Source: an uncultured Clostridia bacterium (lineage in GTDB: Bacteria > Bacillota > Clostridia > Christensenellales > UBA1242). Taken from it: DNA of 63,743 bases. A program made the translations under genes and the position numbers. Of this stretch, positions 11,390 through 21,128 are shown piece after piece (the first letter of the stretch is position 1; each line of letters begins with the position of its first letter). Below the pieces are notes generated by a model. The model was not told the origin of the DNA. It searched no databases and saw nothing but the letters and a program-made list of their open reading frames with translations. The stretch is taken from positions 1 through 63,743 of the forward strand of contig CALKLQ010000053.1 in NCBI GenBank assembly GCA_937992055.1. The letters are read 5' to 3'.

Positions 11390-12475
11390 CTAATTAGTTA
11401 AATTTTCCAATTTTTCTAAAATTTTTGCCTTTAAATCTTCTATTCCTATATTTTTTAAGGCAGAAATACAAACATAGTCAAGCTCAGTATCTGGCAACAA
11501 ATGAATTTTGTCGCATTTGTTAAATACTAGAACAATTTCTGACTTAGCCCCTAATTTCTTTAGCACATCATTTACAACCTTCATTTTCTGTTCTCTTTCA
11601 CTATCTGAAGCATCAATCACATGCAAAATCAAATCTGCATTTCTAGCTTCATCCAAGGTTGAAGCAAACGCATGCATGAGCGAATGCGGAAGTTTTTCAA
11701 TAAATCCAACTGTGTCTGTTAAAATTATTTCGTAACCTAATTTTAAAAATAATTTTCGACTTGTTGTTTCTAAAGTGGCAAATAACTTATCATCAGCATA
11801 AACATCAGCTTTAGAAAGCAAATTTAAAAGCGTGCTCTTGCCAGCATTAGTGTAACCAACTATGGCAACAGAAAATTTATTAGATTTAAATCTCGCCTTA
11901 TTTTTTATTTCTCTATTTTTCTCTAATTCCCCAAGTTGTTTTTCTAGATATGAAATTCTTTTTTCCAAATGTCGTTTATCAAGTTCAAGTTTTGTTTCTC
12001 CAGGACCTCTAGTCCCAACCCCTCCAGAAGAAAATCTACCACTACTTCCTGAAATACTGGATAGTCTAGGCAAAAAATATTTTGCCTGGGCAAGTTCAAC
12101 TTGAAGTTTGCCCTCATTAGATTTAGCTCTTGTTGCAAAAATATCTAAAATCAGGTTAAACCTATCTATAACCCTAATGTCGAGCGCATCACTTAAATTT
12201 CTAATTTGTGAACCAGATAATTCATGATCTACAATTAAAACATCAGCGTTTTTAACTTTTTCCTTTAATTCATCTACCTTTCCGCTACCAATTAAAAAGG
12301 TTGGATTTATCTCTCTCAACATTTGATAATCTTTTCCAACAACTTCCACTCCAACTGTATCACATAGTCGCTCAAGCTCCTTGAGTTGAGAAAAAACATC
12401 TTCTTTATTATCAAAAATAACTCCAAACAAAAAGGCTTTTTCTTTAACTTTTTCGTTACTAAAATTTTTAGCCAT
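11390..12475 (-). CDS. hflX: GTPase HflX
   Basis: HflX N-terminal domain plus G1 VAIVGYTNAGKSTLLN and G3 DTVGF. Confidence 0.92.
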   Translation of the reverse strand: MAKNFSNEKVKEKAFLFGVIFDNKEDVFSQLKELERLCDTVGVEVVGKDYQMLREINPTFLIGSGKVDELKEKVKNADVLIVDHELSGSQIRNLSDALDIRVIDRFNLILDIFATRAKSNEGKLQVELAQAKYFLPRLSSISGSSGRFSSGGVGTRGPGETKLELDKRHLEKRISYLEKQLGELEKNREIKNKARFKSNKFSVAIVGYTNAGKSTLLNLLSKADVYADDKLFATLETTSRKLFLKLGYEIILTDTVGFIEKLPHSLMHAFASTLDEARNADLILHVIDASDSEREQKMKVVNDVLKKLGAKSEIVLVFNKCDKIHLLPDTELDYVCISALKNIGIEDLKAKILEKLENLTN

Positions 12476-12828
12476 TAATTTACCTCTATTAAATAGTTTA
12501 CTATAAATTTATTATTAAAACAAATTTTTTACAAATAAAGAAAAACATATTTGTGTCCTTCTTGTAAAAGTTTATTGTTAAAAATAAGAAAAATCTTTTT
12601 AATAATTTATTTATAATTTGCTTTTATATATCAATTAATATTCTTTCAAATTTTTTAAATTAATGCTAATTAAAAAAATTTTAATAAGTGTAACATATTT
12701 AAAAAAATAGCATAGTATGAAATATAACACAAAAGAAGTAAAGTGAAGTACAAAAGATAAAATAATTAATTTTTTAAGCGCTTATTAAATTAATTATAGA
12801 TTTGCAAATTAATAAAGGAGGAAAAACC

Positions 12829-13032
12829 ATGAACTTTTTCAATGGCTTTGGCTTTGGCGGATTTGGCGGACATGACAGAAACGATAATAACTGCTGCTGC
12901 GACATAATTTTGCTTTTATTGCTTCTATCTTGCTGTGGATGTGACACAAACATAGACATTTGTAGCATTTTGTGGATTGTAATTTTACTTTCTATATGCG
13001 GAAATGGCTGTAACCACAGACAACCTTGCTAG
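12829..13032 (+). CDS. small Gly/Cys-rich hydrophobic protein (67 aa)
   Basis: AAAGGAGG lies 8 nt before the ATG at 12829 and a strong terminator follows directly. Product: MNFFNGFGFGGFGGHDRNDNNCCCDIILLLLLLSCCGCDTNIDICSILWIVILLSICGNGCNHRQPC. Confidence 0.6.
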   Translation: MNFFNGFGFGGFGGHDRNDNNCCCDIILLLLLLSCCGCDTNIDICSILWIVILLSICGNGCNHRQPC

Positions 13033-13046
13033 TACATAATTAAAAT

Positions 13047-13084
13047 AAATCTCTTAAAGGCTCATGCTTTTAAGAGATTTTTTC
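13047..13084 (+). terminator. intrinsic terminator
   Basis: 12-bp stem AAATCTCTTAAA/TTTAAGAGATTT followed by a T-run. Confidence 0.8.
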
Positions 13085-13193
13085 ATACCTATTTAGTATC
13101 TATAAATCAAAGCTAATATCAATAAAAGATTTATTAGTTAAAAGTGTTGCTTTGCAAATAAAAGCAATTTCTGATAACTAATTACTAAATATG

Positions 13194-13876
13194 CTAAAAA
13201 GTGACCAAAGAGCAAAAACAAATATCATTTTTTATTTTAGCAATAATCTTGAATTGATTTTCCTCATTTGAATAATACAATTTTATTTCATCATTTAATT
13301 TTGCTTCGTGATCAAAATTAATTATAATTTGTTTAAAATTTCTATTGAAAAATTGTTCAATCAAGGTTCCATAAACTTTATTGTTCATATGAGAATTGTT
13401 ATCTAAACAATTTTTATCTACAATAAAATCAGCTTGATTATTCAAATTATCAAAATCAAATTTATTCAATTTTAATGTTGAATCTTTTATTTGGCGAATA
13501 GGAACCGGATAATCAATACTTTCAAAACTTGAGAGTTTCCTAGTCATTGTGTCAATTAAGCACCAGTTATAAACTGCCCTTACAAAAATTTTGTCTTCTG
13601 AAATTATTTCAAAATGTCTGTCGCAATCAAATTTACCTCTATCGATAATATAAGTTTTTAATGTATACTCCTTGTCCAAATTTAATTGTAAAAGAATATC
13701 AATTTTTAATTTAGATATAACCCACAACTTATTTTTTTTGATGAGAGAATCAAATCCCACACCTAGGATTTCAGCATGAGAGACAGCAATTTCTTCAAAA
13801 ACGCTCATTAAAGACTTTAGAGAAATGCTATTATTTTTAAAATCTTTTTGACAATTATTTTAGTAAGTTCAAACAT
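13194..13876 (-). pseudogene. acyl-ACP thioesterase with an apparent 1-nt frameshift near the 5' end
   Basis: The 204-aa ORF matches the FatA/B-like family (FEEIAVSHAEILGVG...KLWVISKLKI...NWCLIDTMTRK) but lacks the N-terminus. ATG 13876, with GAGGA upstream, encodes MFELTKIIVKK and then drifts out of frame at the A5 run (13845-13849 on +). Adding one A restores MFELTKIIVKKDFKNNSISLKSLMSVFEE. Confidence 0.7.
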
Positions 13877-13885
13877 AATAATCCT

Positions 13886-14308
13886 CTAATTAAGTTTTAA
13901 ATATTCACACATTTCACTCAAAGTATGATTAGCATTATCAAGTTTAGGAAAAACCCTCATTCCATCATCTTCTTTTCTAGGATAAATGTGAAAATGCAAA
14001 TGAAAAACACTTTGTTCTGCAGAAGGCTCATTTGAACAAATCAGATTAAAACCGTCATATCCTTTAGATTTATAATGGTTCATAATTTTTTTAATTGCCC
14101 TTATTAACTCTAAGAGTGTAACCTCATCGCAATCTAACATATTTCTAAAATGCTTTTTGGGTATAACAAGAGTATGTCCGTCAACATCTTTTGCAATGTC
14201 TAAAAATGCCAAAACATAATCATCTTCGTAAATTTTATTAGTTTCTATTTCTCCATTAATAATTTTGCAAAAAACACAATTATTCAAAATATCTTTCCTT
14301 CCTTTCAT
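13886..14308 (-). CDS. HIT-family (histidine triad) nucleotide hydrolase
   Basis: HLHFHIYPR histidine-triad motif and N-terminal CVFCKI. Confidence 0.9.
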   Translation of the reverse strand: MKGRKDILNNCVFCKIINGEIETNKIYEDDYVLAFLDIAKDVDGHTLVIPKKHFRNMLDCDEVTLLELIRAIKKIMNHYKSKGYDGFNLICSNEPSAEQSVFHLHFHIYPRKEDDGMRVFPKLDNANHTLSEMCEYLKLN

Positions 14309-14642
14309 TGATTGAATTCAATTTACAATTATTCAAATAAGATAGAATAAATGATTCAGACTCTTTTCTTTTCAAAAGTTGAAAAACGACAAAACGACGA
14401 TATTCCTCTGTCATATCTACTGGACTATTTAGTTTGACCCCTTTTTGCCATTCTAAAACGCAATAATAATTATTTAAATTTAAAATTGCAATTGTGTTAT
14501 CATCTAATTTTAAATCATGGAATTTTAGTTTAATAAAAGCTTTATATGAATTTTCACCTAAATTTTTAAATTCAACATAATATTTTTTTGCCTCATTTTT
14601 CCCGCATACAAATTCCAAAAATTGTTCCCTATCTAAAAGCAT
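14280..14642 (-). CDS. hypothetical protein
   Basis: ORF with AAAGGGAG upstream. Overlaps the HIT gene start by 29 nt. No family recognised. Confidence 0.5.
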   Translation of the reverse strand: MLLDREQFLEFVCGKNEAKKYYVEFKNLGENSYKAFIKLKFHDLKLDDNTIAILNLNNYYCVLEWQKGVKLNSPVDMTEEYRRFVVFQLLKRKESESFILSYLNNCKLNSINERKERYFE

Positions 14643-14659
14643 ATTATACTCCCTTTATC

Positions 14660-14700
14660 AAAAAAATCGACTCTTAGACATAGGTTTAATAAGTCGATTT
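14660..14700 (-). terminator. intrinsic terminator after rplQ
   Basis: Minus-strand stem AAATCGACTT/GAGTCGATTT of about 10 bp followed by T7. Confidence 0.7.
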
Positions 14701-14744
14701 CTTTATTAATATTATGATTTATGTTTATGTCTAGTTAATCAACA

Positions 14745-15254
14745 TCAAACAAGTTCTATAATAGCCATTTCAGCTGCATCGCCACGTCTTTTTCCAAGTT
14801 TAATAATACGTGTGTATCCACCAGCAGTTCCAAGCTCTTTAGCTCTGTCAGCATATTTTGGGGCATAGACATTGAAAATCTTTTCAATCAATGGATGATT
14901 AATACCTTCAACTCTTGCATCAAAATTAGCCTTTTTTTCTTTTGGCATTCTTTGTTCCTGTACATCATACAAAAACGCCATAAGTTTTCTTCTAGCATTA
15001 AGCTTTTTAACTCCATCGTTAACAAAATTTTGTTTAACAACATTACCTTTTGAATCTTTAACATCTTTTGTTACATTAACAACGTCTGTATAAGAATTAA
15101 TTGCGAGTGTTAAAAGCTTCTCTGCCTTACTAGCAACAGATTTAGCTCTGGCTTTGGTTGTTTCAATTTTGCCATACCACAAAAGATTTGTCACTTGGTT
15201 TCTTAAAAGTGCAATTCTTTGGTCGGTTGGTCTTCCCAATTTATCGTTAGCCAT
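14745..15254 (-). CDS. rplQ: 50S ribosomal protein L17 (long form)
   Basis: KLGRPTDQRIALLRN...ETT..RAK and C-terminal GGYTRIIKLGKRRGDAAEMAIIELV. Roughly 50 extra residues in the middle. Confidence 0.95.
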   Translation of the reverse strand: MANDKLGRPTDQRIALLRNQVTNLLWYGKIETTKARAKSVASKAEKLLTLAINSYTDVVNVTKDVKDSKGNVVKQNFVNDGVKKLNARRKLMAFLYDVQEQRMPKEKKANFDARVEGINHPLIEKIFNVYAPKYADRAKELGTAGGYTRIIKLGKRRGDAAEMAIIELV

Positions 15255-15288
15255 AAATTTCTCCTATAAAATTTAAAATTATTAATGA

Positions 15289-16242
15289 TTAATCCTCATC
15301 ATTTCTGAGAGATAAGTTATAATCTTCTAGTTTAGCAATAACTTCTTCAATGGATTTAAGTCCCAAATTTCTAACTTTAAGCATATCATTCTTAGACTTT
15401 TTAACCAAATCTTCAACAGTGTTAATATTTGCACGTTTTAAGCAATTATATGAACGAACTGAAAGGTCCATTTCTTCAATTGGCATTTCCAAATATTTTG
15501 TTTGACTTTCCTCTTCATGTGAAATCAAAATATTTACATCATTCATTTCGGAGCAAAGAGAAACAAAAAGACCAACATGTTCCATAATGATTTTTCCGGC
15601 AAGTGAAACAATTTCTCTAGCAGTAATTGTTCCATTTGTTTGTACTTCTAAAATAAGTTTATCATAATCAATGCTTTGACCAACACGTGTGTTTTCTACA
15701 TTGTAGTTAACTTTTTTAACAGGAGAATAAAGTGAGTCAATTGCAACATAATCTACCATATCAACTTTTTCTTTATTTTGAGCACCGCTCACATAACCAC
15801 GGCCTCGTCCTATTAAAACTTCTAAATCAAAATCAGCATCGCTATCTAAAGTACAGATGTGCATGTCTTTATTTAAAATTTCAACCTGGTCATTATTTTC
15901 AAAATCAGCGGCAGTAACTTCTCCCTCGCCTTTTTTCCTAAGTCTTAAAGTAGTTGTGAAATCTGGGTCCTGAGATGTGGTTTTAACATAAAGTCCTTTC
16001 AAGTTAAGAACAATGTCAACAACATCTTCTTTAACACCCCTCACTGTGGAAAACTCATGTAAAACACCAGCTATTTTTATTGCGATTGGTGCGGCACCAG
16101 GAAGTGAAGATAAAAGAGTTCTTCTAAAACAATTGCCAAGTGTAATTCCGTAACCTCTTTCCAAAGGTTCGATAATAAACCTTGCAAAACTTCCGTTGTC
16201 TGTTTCCTCACAAGTGATTTTTGGTTTTTCAATTTCCATCAT
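15289..16242 (-). CDS. rpoA: DNA-directed RNA polymerase alpha subunit
   Basis: FIIEPLERGYGITLGN.RR.LLSS and C-terminal domain LSVRSYNCLKRANI. Confidence 0.97.
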   Translation of the reverse strand: MMEIEKPKITCEETDNGSFARFIIEPLERGYGITLGNCFRRTLLSSLPGAAPIAIKIAGVLHEFSTVRGVKEDVVDIVLNLKGLYVKTTSQDPDFTTTLRLRKKGEGEVTAADFENNDQVEILNKDMHICTLDSDADFDLEVLIGRGRGYVSGAQNKEKVDMVDYVAIDSLYSPVKKVNYNVENTRVGQSIDYDKLILEVQTNGTITAREIVSLAGKIIMEHVGLFVSLCSEMNDVNILISHEEESQTKYLEMPIEEMDLSVRSYNCLKRANINTVEDLVKKSKNDMLKVRNLGLKSIEEVIAKLEDYNLSLRNDED

Positions 16243-16263
16243 AAATTTAATTTCCCCCTTAAA

Positions 16264-16884
16264 CTATCTTGAATAGAGCTCGATAATCAAGTGTTCTTTG
16301 ATATTCAAATCAATATCTTCTCTCTTAGGAAGGTCAAGAATTTTACCTGTCAAAGTTTCTGTGTCAAACTCAAGCCACTTTGGCATAACAATTTTCATTC
16401 CTTTAAGTTCTTTAAACATTTCAAGGTCTTTTTTGTTATCTTTAATTGCCACAATATCTCCAGCTTTAACTCTATAAGAAGCAATGTTAACTGTTCTGCC
16501 ATTAACCGTGATATGTCCATGATTTACAATCTGACGGCACTCACTTCTGCTTGAACCAATTCCCATTCTATAAATAACATTGTCAAGTCTTCTTTCAATA
16601 AGTGAAAGCATGTTTTCACCAGTGACACCTTTCATTCTTTCAGCTTCTTCGTAGTATCTTCTAAATTGCTTTTCCAAAATACCATAAGCTTTTTTAACTT
16701 TTTGTTTTTCTCTTAACTGTGTTCCGTATTCTGTAACTCTTTTTCTTGATGCACCATGTTGACCAGGAATTACAGGTCTTCTTTCAAAAGCACATTTTTT
16801 AGTGGTACATCTTTCGCCTTTCAAAAATAATTTACAACCTTCACGACGACATTGTCTGCAGTCAGGTCCAACTGTTTTTGCCAT
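16264..16884 (-). CDS. rpsD: 30S ribosomal protein S4
   Basis: MAKTVGPDCRQCRREG zinc-type N-terminus and YGTQLREKQKVK. Start at the internal ATG at 16884. Confidence 0.96.
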   Translation of the reverse strand: MAKTVGPDCRQCRREGCKLFLKGERCTTKKCAFERRPVIPGQHGASRKRVTEYGTQLREKQKVKKAYGILEKQFRRYYEEAERMKGVTGENMLSLIERRLDNVIYRMGIGSSRSECRQIVNHGHITVNGRTVNIASYRVKAGDIVAIKDNKKDLEMFKELKGMKIVMPKWLEFDTETLTGKILDLPKREDIDLNIKEHLIIELYSR

Positions 16885-16898
16885 GTTTTTTCTCCTTT

Positions 16899-17288
16899 TT
16901 AAATTCTTCTTGGTTTTGGAGGACGGCAACCATTGTGAGCAATAGGTGAAACATCCTTAATCATTGTTACACTAATTTCAGCTGTTTGCAATGCTCTAAT
17001 AGCAGCTTCTCTGCCATTACCAGGTCCTTTAACATAAACATCAACACTTCTGATGCCATGTTCTTTTGCGACTTTTGCTGCATCTTCAACACTTTGTTGA
17101 GCTGCAAATGGAGTGCTCTTTTTAGAGCCTTTAAAACCTAGTTTTCCAGAACTAGACCATGAAATCACATTTCCGTTTACATCAGTAAAAGTAACTAAGG
17201 TGTTATTGAAAGAAGATTTGATGTGTACAGCACCTTTATCAATGTTTTTAGAAACTCTTTTCTTTTTTGTTTTAGTTGTTGTTGCCAT
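16899..17288 (-). CDS. rpsK: 30S ribosomal protein S11
   Basis: [18 protein letters not shown] and [14 protein letters not shown]. Confidence 0.97.
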   Translation of the reverse strand: MATTTKTKKKRVSKNIDKGAVHIKSSFNNTLVTFTDVNGNVISWSSSGKLGFKGSKKSTPFAAQQSVEDAAKVAKEHGIRSVDVYVKGPGNGREAAIRALQTAEISVTMIKDVSPIAHNGCRPPKPRRI

Positions 17289-17297
17289 AATTTACTC

Positions 17298-17678
17298 CTA
17301 AGCTTTTCCCTTTTTACTGCTTCCGCCAACGACTTTTCTTGGGCCTTTTCTTGTTCTAGTATTTGTTCTTGTGTTTTGACCTCTAACTGGCAAACCTTTA
17401 CGATGACGAACACCTCTATAACATCCAATTTCAGTCAATCTTTTAATATTAAGAGAAACTTCTTTTCTAAGTTCACCCTCAACCGCATAATCCTTTTCAA
17501 TAACCGCACGAAGTTTAGCTATGTCATTTTCATCTAAATCTTTAACACGGATATCAGGGCTAATGCCAGTTTCAGCTAAAATTTTATTTGAAGTTACTCT
17601 GCCTATACCGTAAATATAGGTGAGTCCTATTTCAACTCTTTTTTCTCGTGGTAAATCAACACCAGCGATTCTTGCCAT
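17298..17678 (-). CDS. rpsM: 30S ribosomal protein S13
   Basis: [26 protein letters not shown]. Confidence 0.97.
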   Translation of the reverse strand: MARIAGVDLPREKRVEIGLTYIYGIGRVTSNKILAETGISPDIRVKDLDENDIAKLRAVIEKDYAVEGELRKEVSLNIKRLTEIGCYRGVRHRKGLPVRGQNTRTNTRTRKGPRKVVGGSSKKGKA

Positions 17679-17858
17679 AAAACTTTTCCTCCGAAATTTT
17701 TTAATTGATTGATGTCACATTGTTTTATTGATATAATCAACATAAACAAGAAAGCCCGTGACAAAACCTTCTTGCATATATTTCATCGACATTCCCCAAA
17801 AATTGCCGCGAAGGAATATCGTTTATTTTCAAGGTTCGAAATTTTTTGAAAGTGAATC

Positions 17859-17975
17859 TTAGCCTTGAGTTTGTTTGTGAGATGGGTCCTTAGGACAAAT
17901 GACCATAACTTTTCCTTCTCTCTTAATAACCTTGCATTTATTGCACATAGGTTTCACAGATGGTCTAACTTTCAT
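17859..17975 (-). CDS. rpmJ: 50S ribosomal protein L36 (zinc form)
   Basis: Not in the ORF track because it is 38 aa. Hand translation gives [38 protein letters not shown]. Confidence 0.93.
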   Translation of the reverse strand: MKVRPSVKPMCNKCKVIKREGKVMVICPKDPSHKQTQG

Positions 17976-17984
17976 TTTTCCCTC

Positions 17985-18206
17985 CTAGTTTTTTGCTCTC
18001 CAAGTGATACGACCTTTTGTCAAATCATAAGGACTCATTTCTATTTTGACCTTATCACCTTCAAGAATTTTTATATAATTCATTCTAAGTCTGCCAGAAA
18101 TATAAGCAGTTATGACATGCCCATTAGATAGGCGAACTTTAAAAGTTGTATTAGGCAAAACCTCTTCAACAACTCCTTCAAATTCTATCACATCTTCTTT
18201 TGACAT
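17985..18206 (-). CDS. infA: translation initiation factor IF-1
   Basis: [29 protein letters not shown] and GRITWR. Confidence 0.97.
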   Translation of the reverse strand: MSKEDVIEFEGVVEEVLPNTTFKVRLSNGHVITAYISGRLRMNYIKILEGDKVKIEMSPYDLTKGRITWRAKN

Positions 18207-18218
18207 AACAACTCCTTT

Positions 18219-18479
18219 TTAAAATATTTCTTGAGTGCAAAGCACTTTTCTTAAGAATGCATCATTAATTTTTTCGTCATTTTTAATTTTGTCTAAAACA
18301 GCATAAGATTTTTGTTTGAAGACAATATGTTTTTCGCTTTTACGTTTGGGATTAGTAATTTTTTTTGAACGACCATTGACAAGCAAAACTTTGCCGTTTT
18401 CATATCCCCAAACAAAATATGAACAACCAATATCTCGTCCCGCAGTTGAAACAACTATATCTGCGATTTCAAATTTCAT
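18219..18479 (-). CDS. KOW-domain RNA-binding protein
   Basis: Small ORF between map and infA, as seen in Clostridia. Contains DIVVSTAGRDIG...VLLVNG. Confidence 0.6.
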   Translation of the reverse strand: MKFEIADIVVSTAGRDIGCSYFVWGYENGKVLLVNGRSKKITNPKRKSEKHIVFKQKSYAVLDKIKNDEKINDAFLRKVLCTQEIF

Positions 18480-19219
18480 AATGTTAAAATCTCCAATCCA
18501 TTTCTAGTTATCAAAACTGTATTTTCATAGTGTGCAGATGGAAGCCCATCTTTTGTGAAAACTCCCCAACCATCACGGCTTAAAAGAACATTCTTTTTTC
18601 CCATATTAATCATTGGTTCTATCGCCAAAGCGGTGTTTTCTTGAATGATATAATGATTGTCTGAACATCTATAATTTGGTATTTGCGGGTCCATGTGCAA
18701 GTTTCTGCCAATTCCATGCCCCACAAATTCCCTGACAACGGAAAAGCCATTTTGCTCAGCGTAATCTTGAATAGCGCTAGAAACGTCATTGAGTTTTCCA
18801 CCAATTTCAAGTTTCTTAAGCCCTTCGTAAAAGCATTGCTTAGTAACATCAATAAGTTTTTGAGCTTGCTTAGAAACTTTTCCAACAGCAAAGGTTCTTG
18901 CTGCATCTGAATAAAGACCCTTATAAATTGCACCCAAATCAATAGAAATTATGTCACCCTCTTGCAATATTTTATCTTCAGAAGGAATGCCATGAACAAC
19001 CATTTCATTAACAGATGCACATATGGTGTTAGGAAAACCATTATAATCTTTAAAAGCAGGAATTCCACCTTTACTAATTATATATTTTTCTATTAAATTG
19101 TCAAGTCTTAATGTAGAAATTCCAGGTTTTATAAGGGTTTCGGCATATTTTAAAGCATCAGATGTTATCTTGCCTGAAACTCTCATGCAATCCATTTCTT
19201 TTTCTGTAAGAGCCATCAT
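18476..19219 (-). CDS. map: type I methionine aminopeptidase
   Basis: VVHGIP, ISIDLGA, FVGHGIG and HYENTVLIT motifs. Confidence 0.95.
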   Translation of the reverse strand: MMALTEKEMDCMRVSGKITSDALKYAETLIKPGISTLRLDNLIEKYIISKGGIPAFKDYNGFPNTICASVNEMVVHGIPSEDKILQEGDIISIDLGAIYKGLYSDAARTFAVGKVSKQAQKLIDVTKQCFYEGLKKLEIGGKLNDVSSAIQDYAEQNGFSVVREFVGHGIGRNLHMDPQIPNYRCSDNHYIIQENTALAIEPMINMGKKNVLLSRDGWGVFTKDGLPSAHYENTVLITRNGLEILTL

Positions 19220-19830
19220 TTTATCTCCAAAAAACTTAATATCTCGTTAAAAGTATCATTAGAGGATGAACTTGATTTAACTTTAATCAATTTATCTTGA
19301 TTAGAATAAAATTCAATTAATGGAAATGTTTCTTCTTCATAAATCTTAAAACGTTCTTCTATAACGTGAGGCAGGTCATCTTCTCTTTGAATAAGTTTTC
19401 CACCACAATCGCAAGAATTCATGCTATGAAGATTTACATTATAAACCTTTCCACAATTTTGACAAATCCTTCTACCCGCCAAACGTTCTTTAATGACATC
19501 GTAAGGCGTATCTATATAAATAACTTTGTCAATCTTTGCAATTTCATCTAATTTTTTTGCTTGGAAAAGTGTTCTAGGAAAACCATCTAAAATTATATCT
19601 GAGCCACACTCGTTTAGCTTTTCACATAATAGTTTTAGAACAATCTCATCAGAAACAAGTTCGCCCTTTGTAATAATCTGTCTTAACATTTCCCCAAATT
19701 CGTTATTTAGAGCAATAGTTTTTCTAATTATTTCACCAGTAGATATGTGGCAAAAGTTCAATCTTTCTTGAAAAAGTTTTGAAATAGTACCTTTGCCACA
19801 ACCAGGGGCTCCTAAAAGGATCAATATCAT
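19216..19830 (-). CDS. adk: adenylate kinase (zinc-lid form)
   Basis: LLGAPGCGKGT P-loop and CQNCGKVYN...CDCGGKL lid. Confidence 0.96.
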   Translation of the reverse strand: MILILLGAPGCGKGTISKLFQERLNFCHISTGEIIRKTIALNNEFGEMLRQIITKGELVSDEIVLKLLCEKLNECGSDIILDGFPRTLFQAKKLDEIAKIDKVIYIDTPYDVIKERLAGRRICQNCGKVYNVNLHSMNSCDCGGKLIQREDDLPHVIEERFKIYEEETFPLIEFYSNQDKLIKVKSSSSSNDTFNEILSFLEIK

Positions 19831-21128
19831 TTTAAAAATCCTTTATAATTTCTCATTAACATTTGTGCTTCTAACTGTTTATCCAACTCTAATGCAACTG
19901 AAACAATAATCATAAGTCCGGTAGCACTAAACGCATTTATAAGTGATGAATCTAAAGCCGTTCCCGCACCTTTTAAAGCTAAAGATGGAATTAAAGCAAT
20001 GAAAGCTAAAAATAATGCACCAAAGAAGGTTATTCTAGACGAAATACGTTTTAAATAATCAGCGGTTGGTTTTCCAGGTCTAATGCTTGGGATAAATCCA
20101 CCATTTTGTTGAATTCGCTTACTAACATCTTCTGGATTAAATATTATTTGCGAATAGAAATATGTGAAGAATAAAATTAGTAATGCAGTTAAAATAATAT
20201 AAACCCAGGTACCTGTTCCTAAATATTTAGCATACCAAAAATATGCATTTGAATTTGGCCAGAACATATTGAATAAAAGTTGAGGGAAAGTCAACAAGGC
20301 ATTTGCAAAAATGATTGGCATAACTCCAGAACCATTAACTCTGATAGGAATATAAGAGCTCTGTCCTCCATACATTTTTCTTCCCTTAATTTGCTTTGCA
20401 TATTGAACAGGAACCCGTCTTTCTGCAGAATCAACAAAAACGATAAGTCCAAAAATCAATAATATTGCAAGAGCAAAAATCAATAATGTCCAAAGATAAT
20501 TTATATTTCCACCAAAAACTTCTTGGAATGCATTTAAAATTGCGGTGCCAGCAGATGACAAAATACCAACAAAGATAAGAAGTGACATTCCATTGCCCAC
20601 ACCCAGTTCTGTGATTCTTTCACCTAACCAAACGGTAAACATTCCACCAGAAATTAAAACTGTTGCAATGATAGTGCAAGCAAGCCAAGTTGGCGCACCA
20701 TTCCAGAGCATATTTGGATCAATATACTCTTTAAAAGCAATCACTATTCCAACAGCTTGGATAACTGAAAGTACCAAAGCAGCAATTCTTGTATAAAGGC
20801 TCATTTTTTTTCTGCCCTCTTCACCCTGTTGACTGAGTCTTTCAAGAGCAGGAATTGCAACTGCAAGAAGTTGGATAATTATTGAAGCACTAATATATGG
20901 CGAAACACCAAGGGCAAGAAAGGAACCATTTGCCAAAGCTCCACCACTAATCGAACTTAAAAGTCCTAAAAATTCATTGCCTGTAGCTTGAGTGCCAAAA
21001 GCTGACACATCAATGCCAGGAACTGGTAGCCAACAACCTACTCTAAAAATAAACAAAAGAAGCAAGGTGAGAAGAATCTTCCCCCTTAATTCTTTTACTT
21101 TAAACGCGTTAATGAATGTTTTAAACAT
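19827..21128 (-). CDS. secY: preprotein translocase subunit SecY
   Basis: 10-TM ORF with L.LG..PYISASII.QLL. Conserved position in the spc operon. Confidence 0.97.
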   Translation of the reverse strand: MFKTFINAFKVKELRGKILLTLLLLFIFRVGCWLPVPGIDVSAFGTQATGNEFLGLLSSISGGALANGSFLALGVSPYISASIIIQLLAVAIPALERLSQQGEEGRKKMSLYTRIAALVLSVIQAVGIVIAFKEYIDPNMLWNGAPTWLACTIIATVLISGGMFTVWLGERITELGVGNGMSLLIFVGILSSAGTAILNAFQEVFGGNINYLWTLLIFALAILLIFGLIVFVDSAERRVPVQYAKQIKGRKMYGGQSSYIPIRVNGSGVMPIIFANALLTFPQLLFNMFWPNSNAYFWYAKYLGTGTWVYIILTALLILFFTYFYSQIIFNPEDVSKRIQQNGGFIPSIRPGKPTADYLKRISSRITFFGALFLAFIALIPSLALKGAGTALDSSLINAFSATGLMIIVSVALELDKQLEAQMLMRNYKGFLK

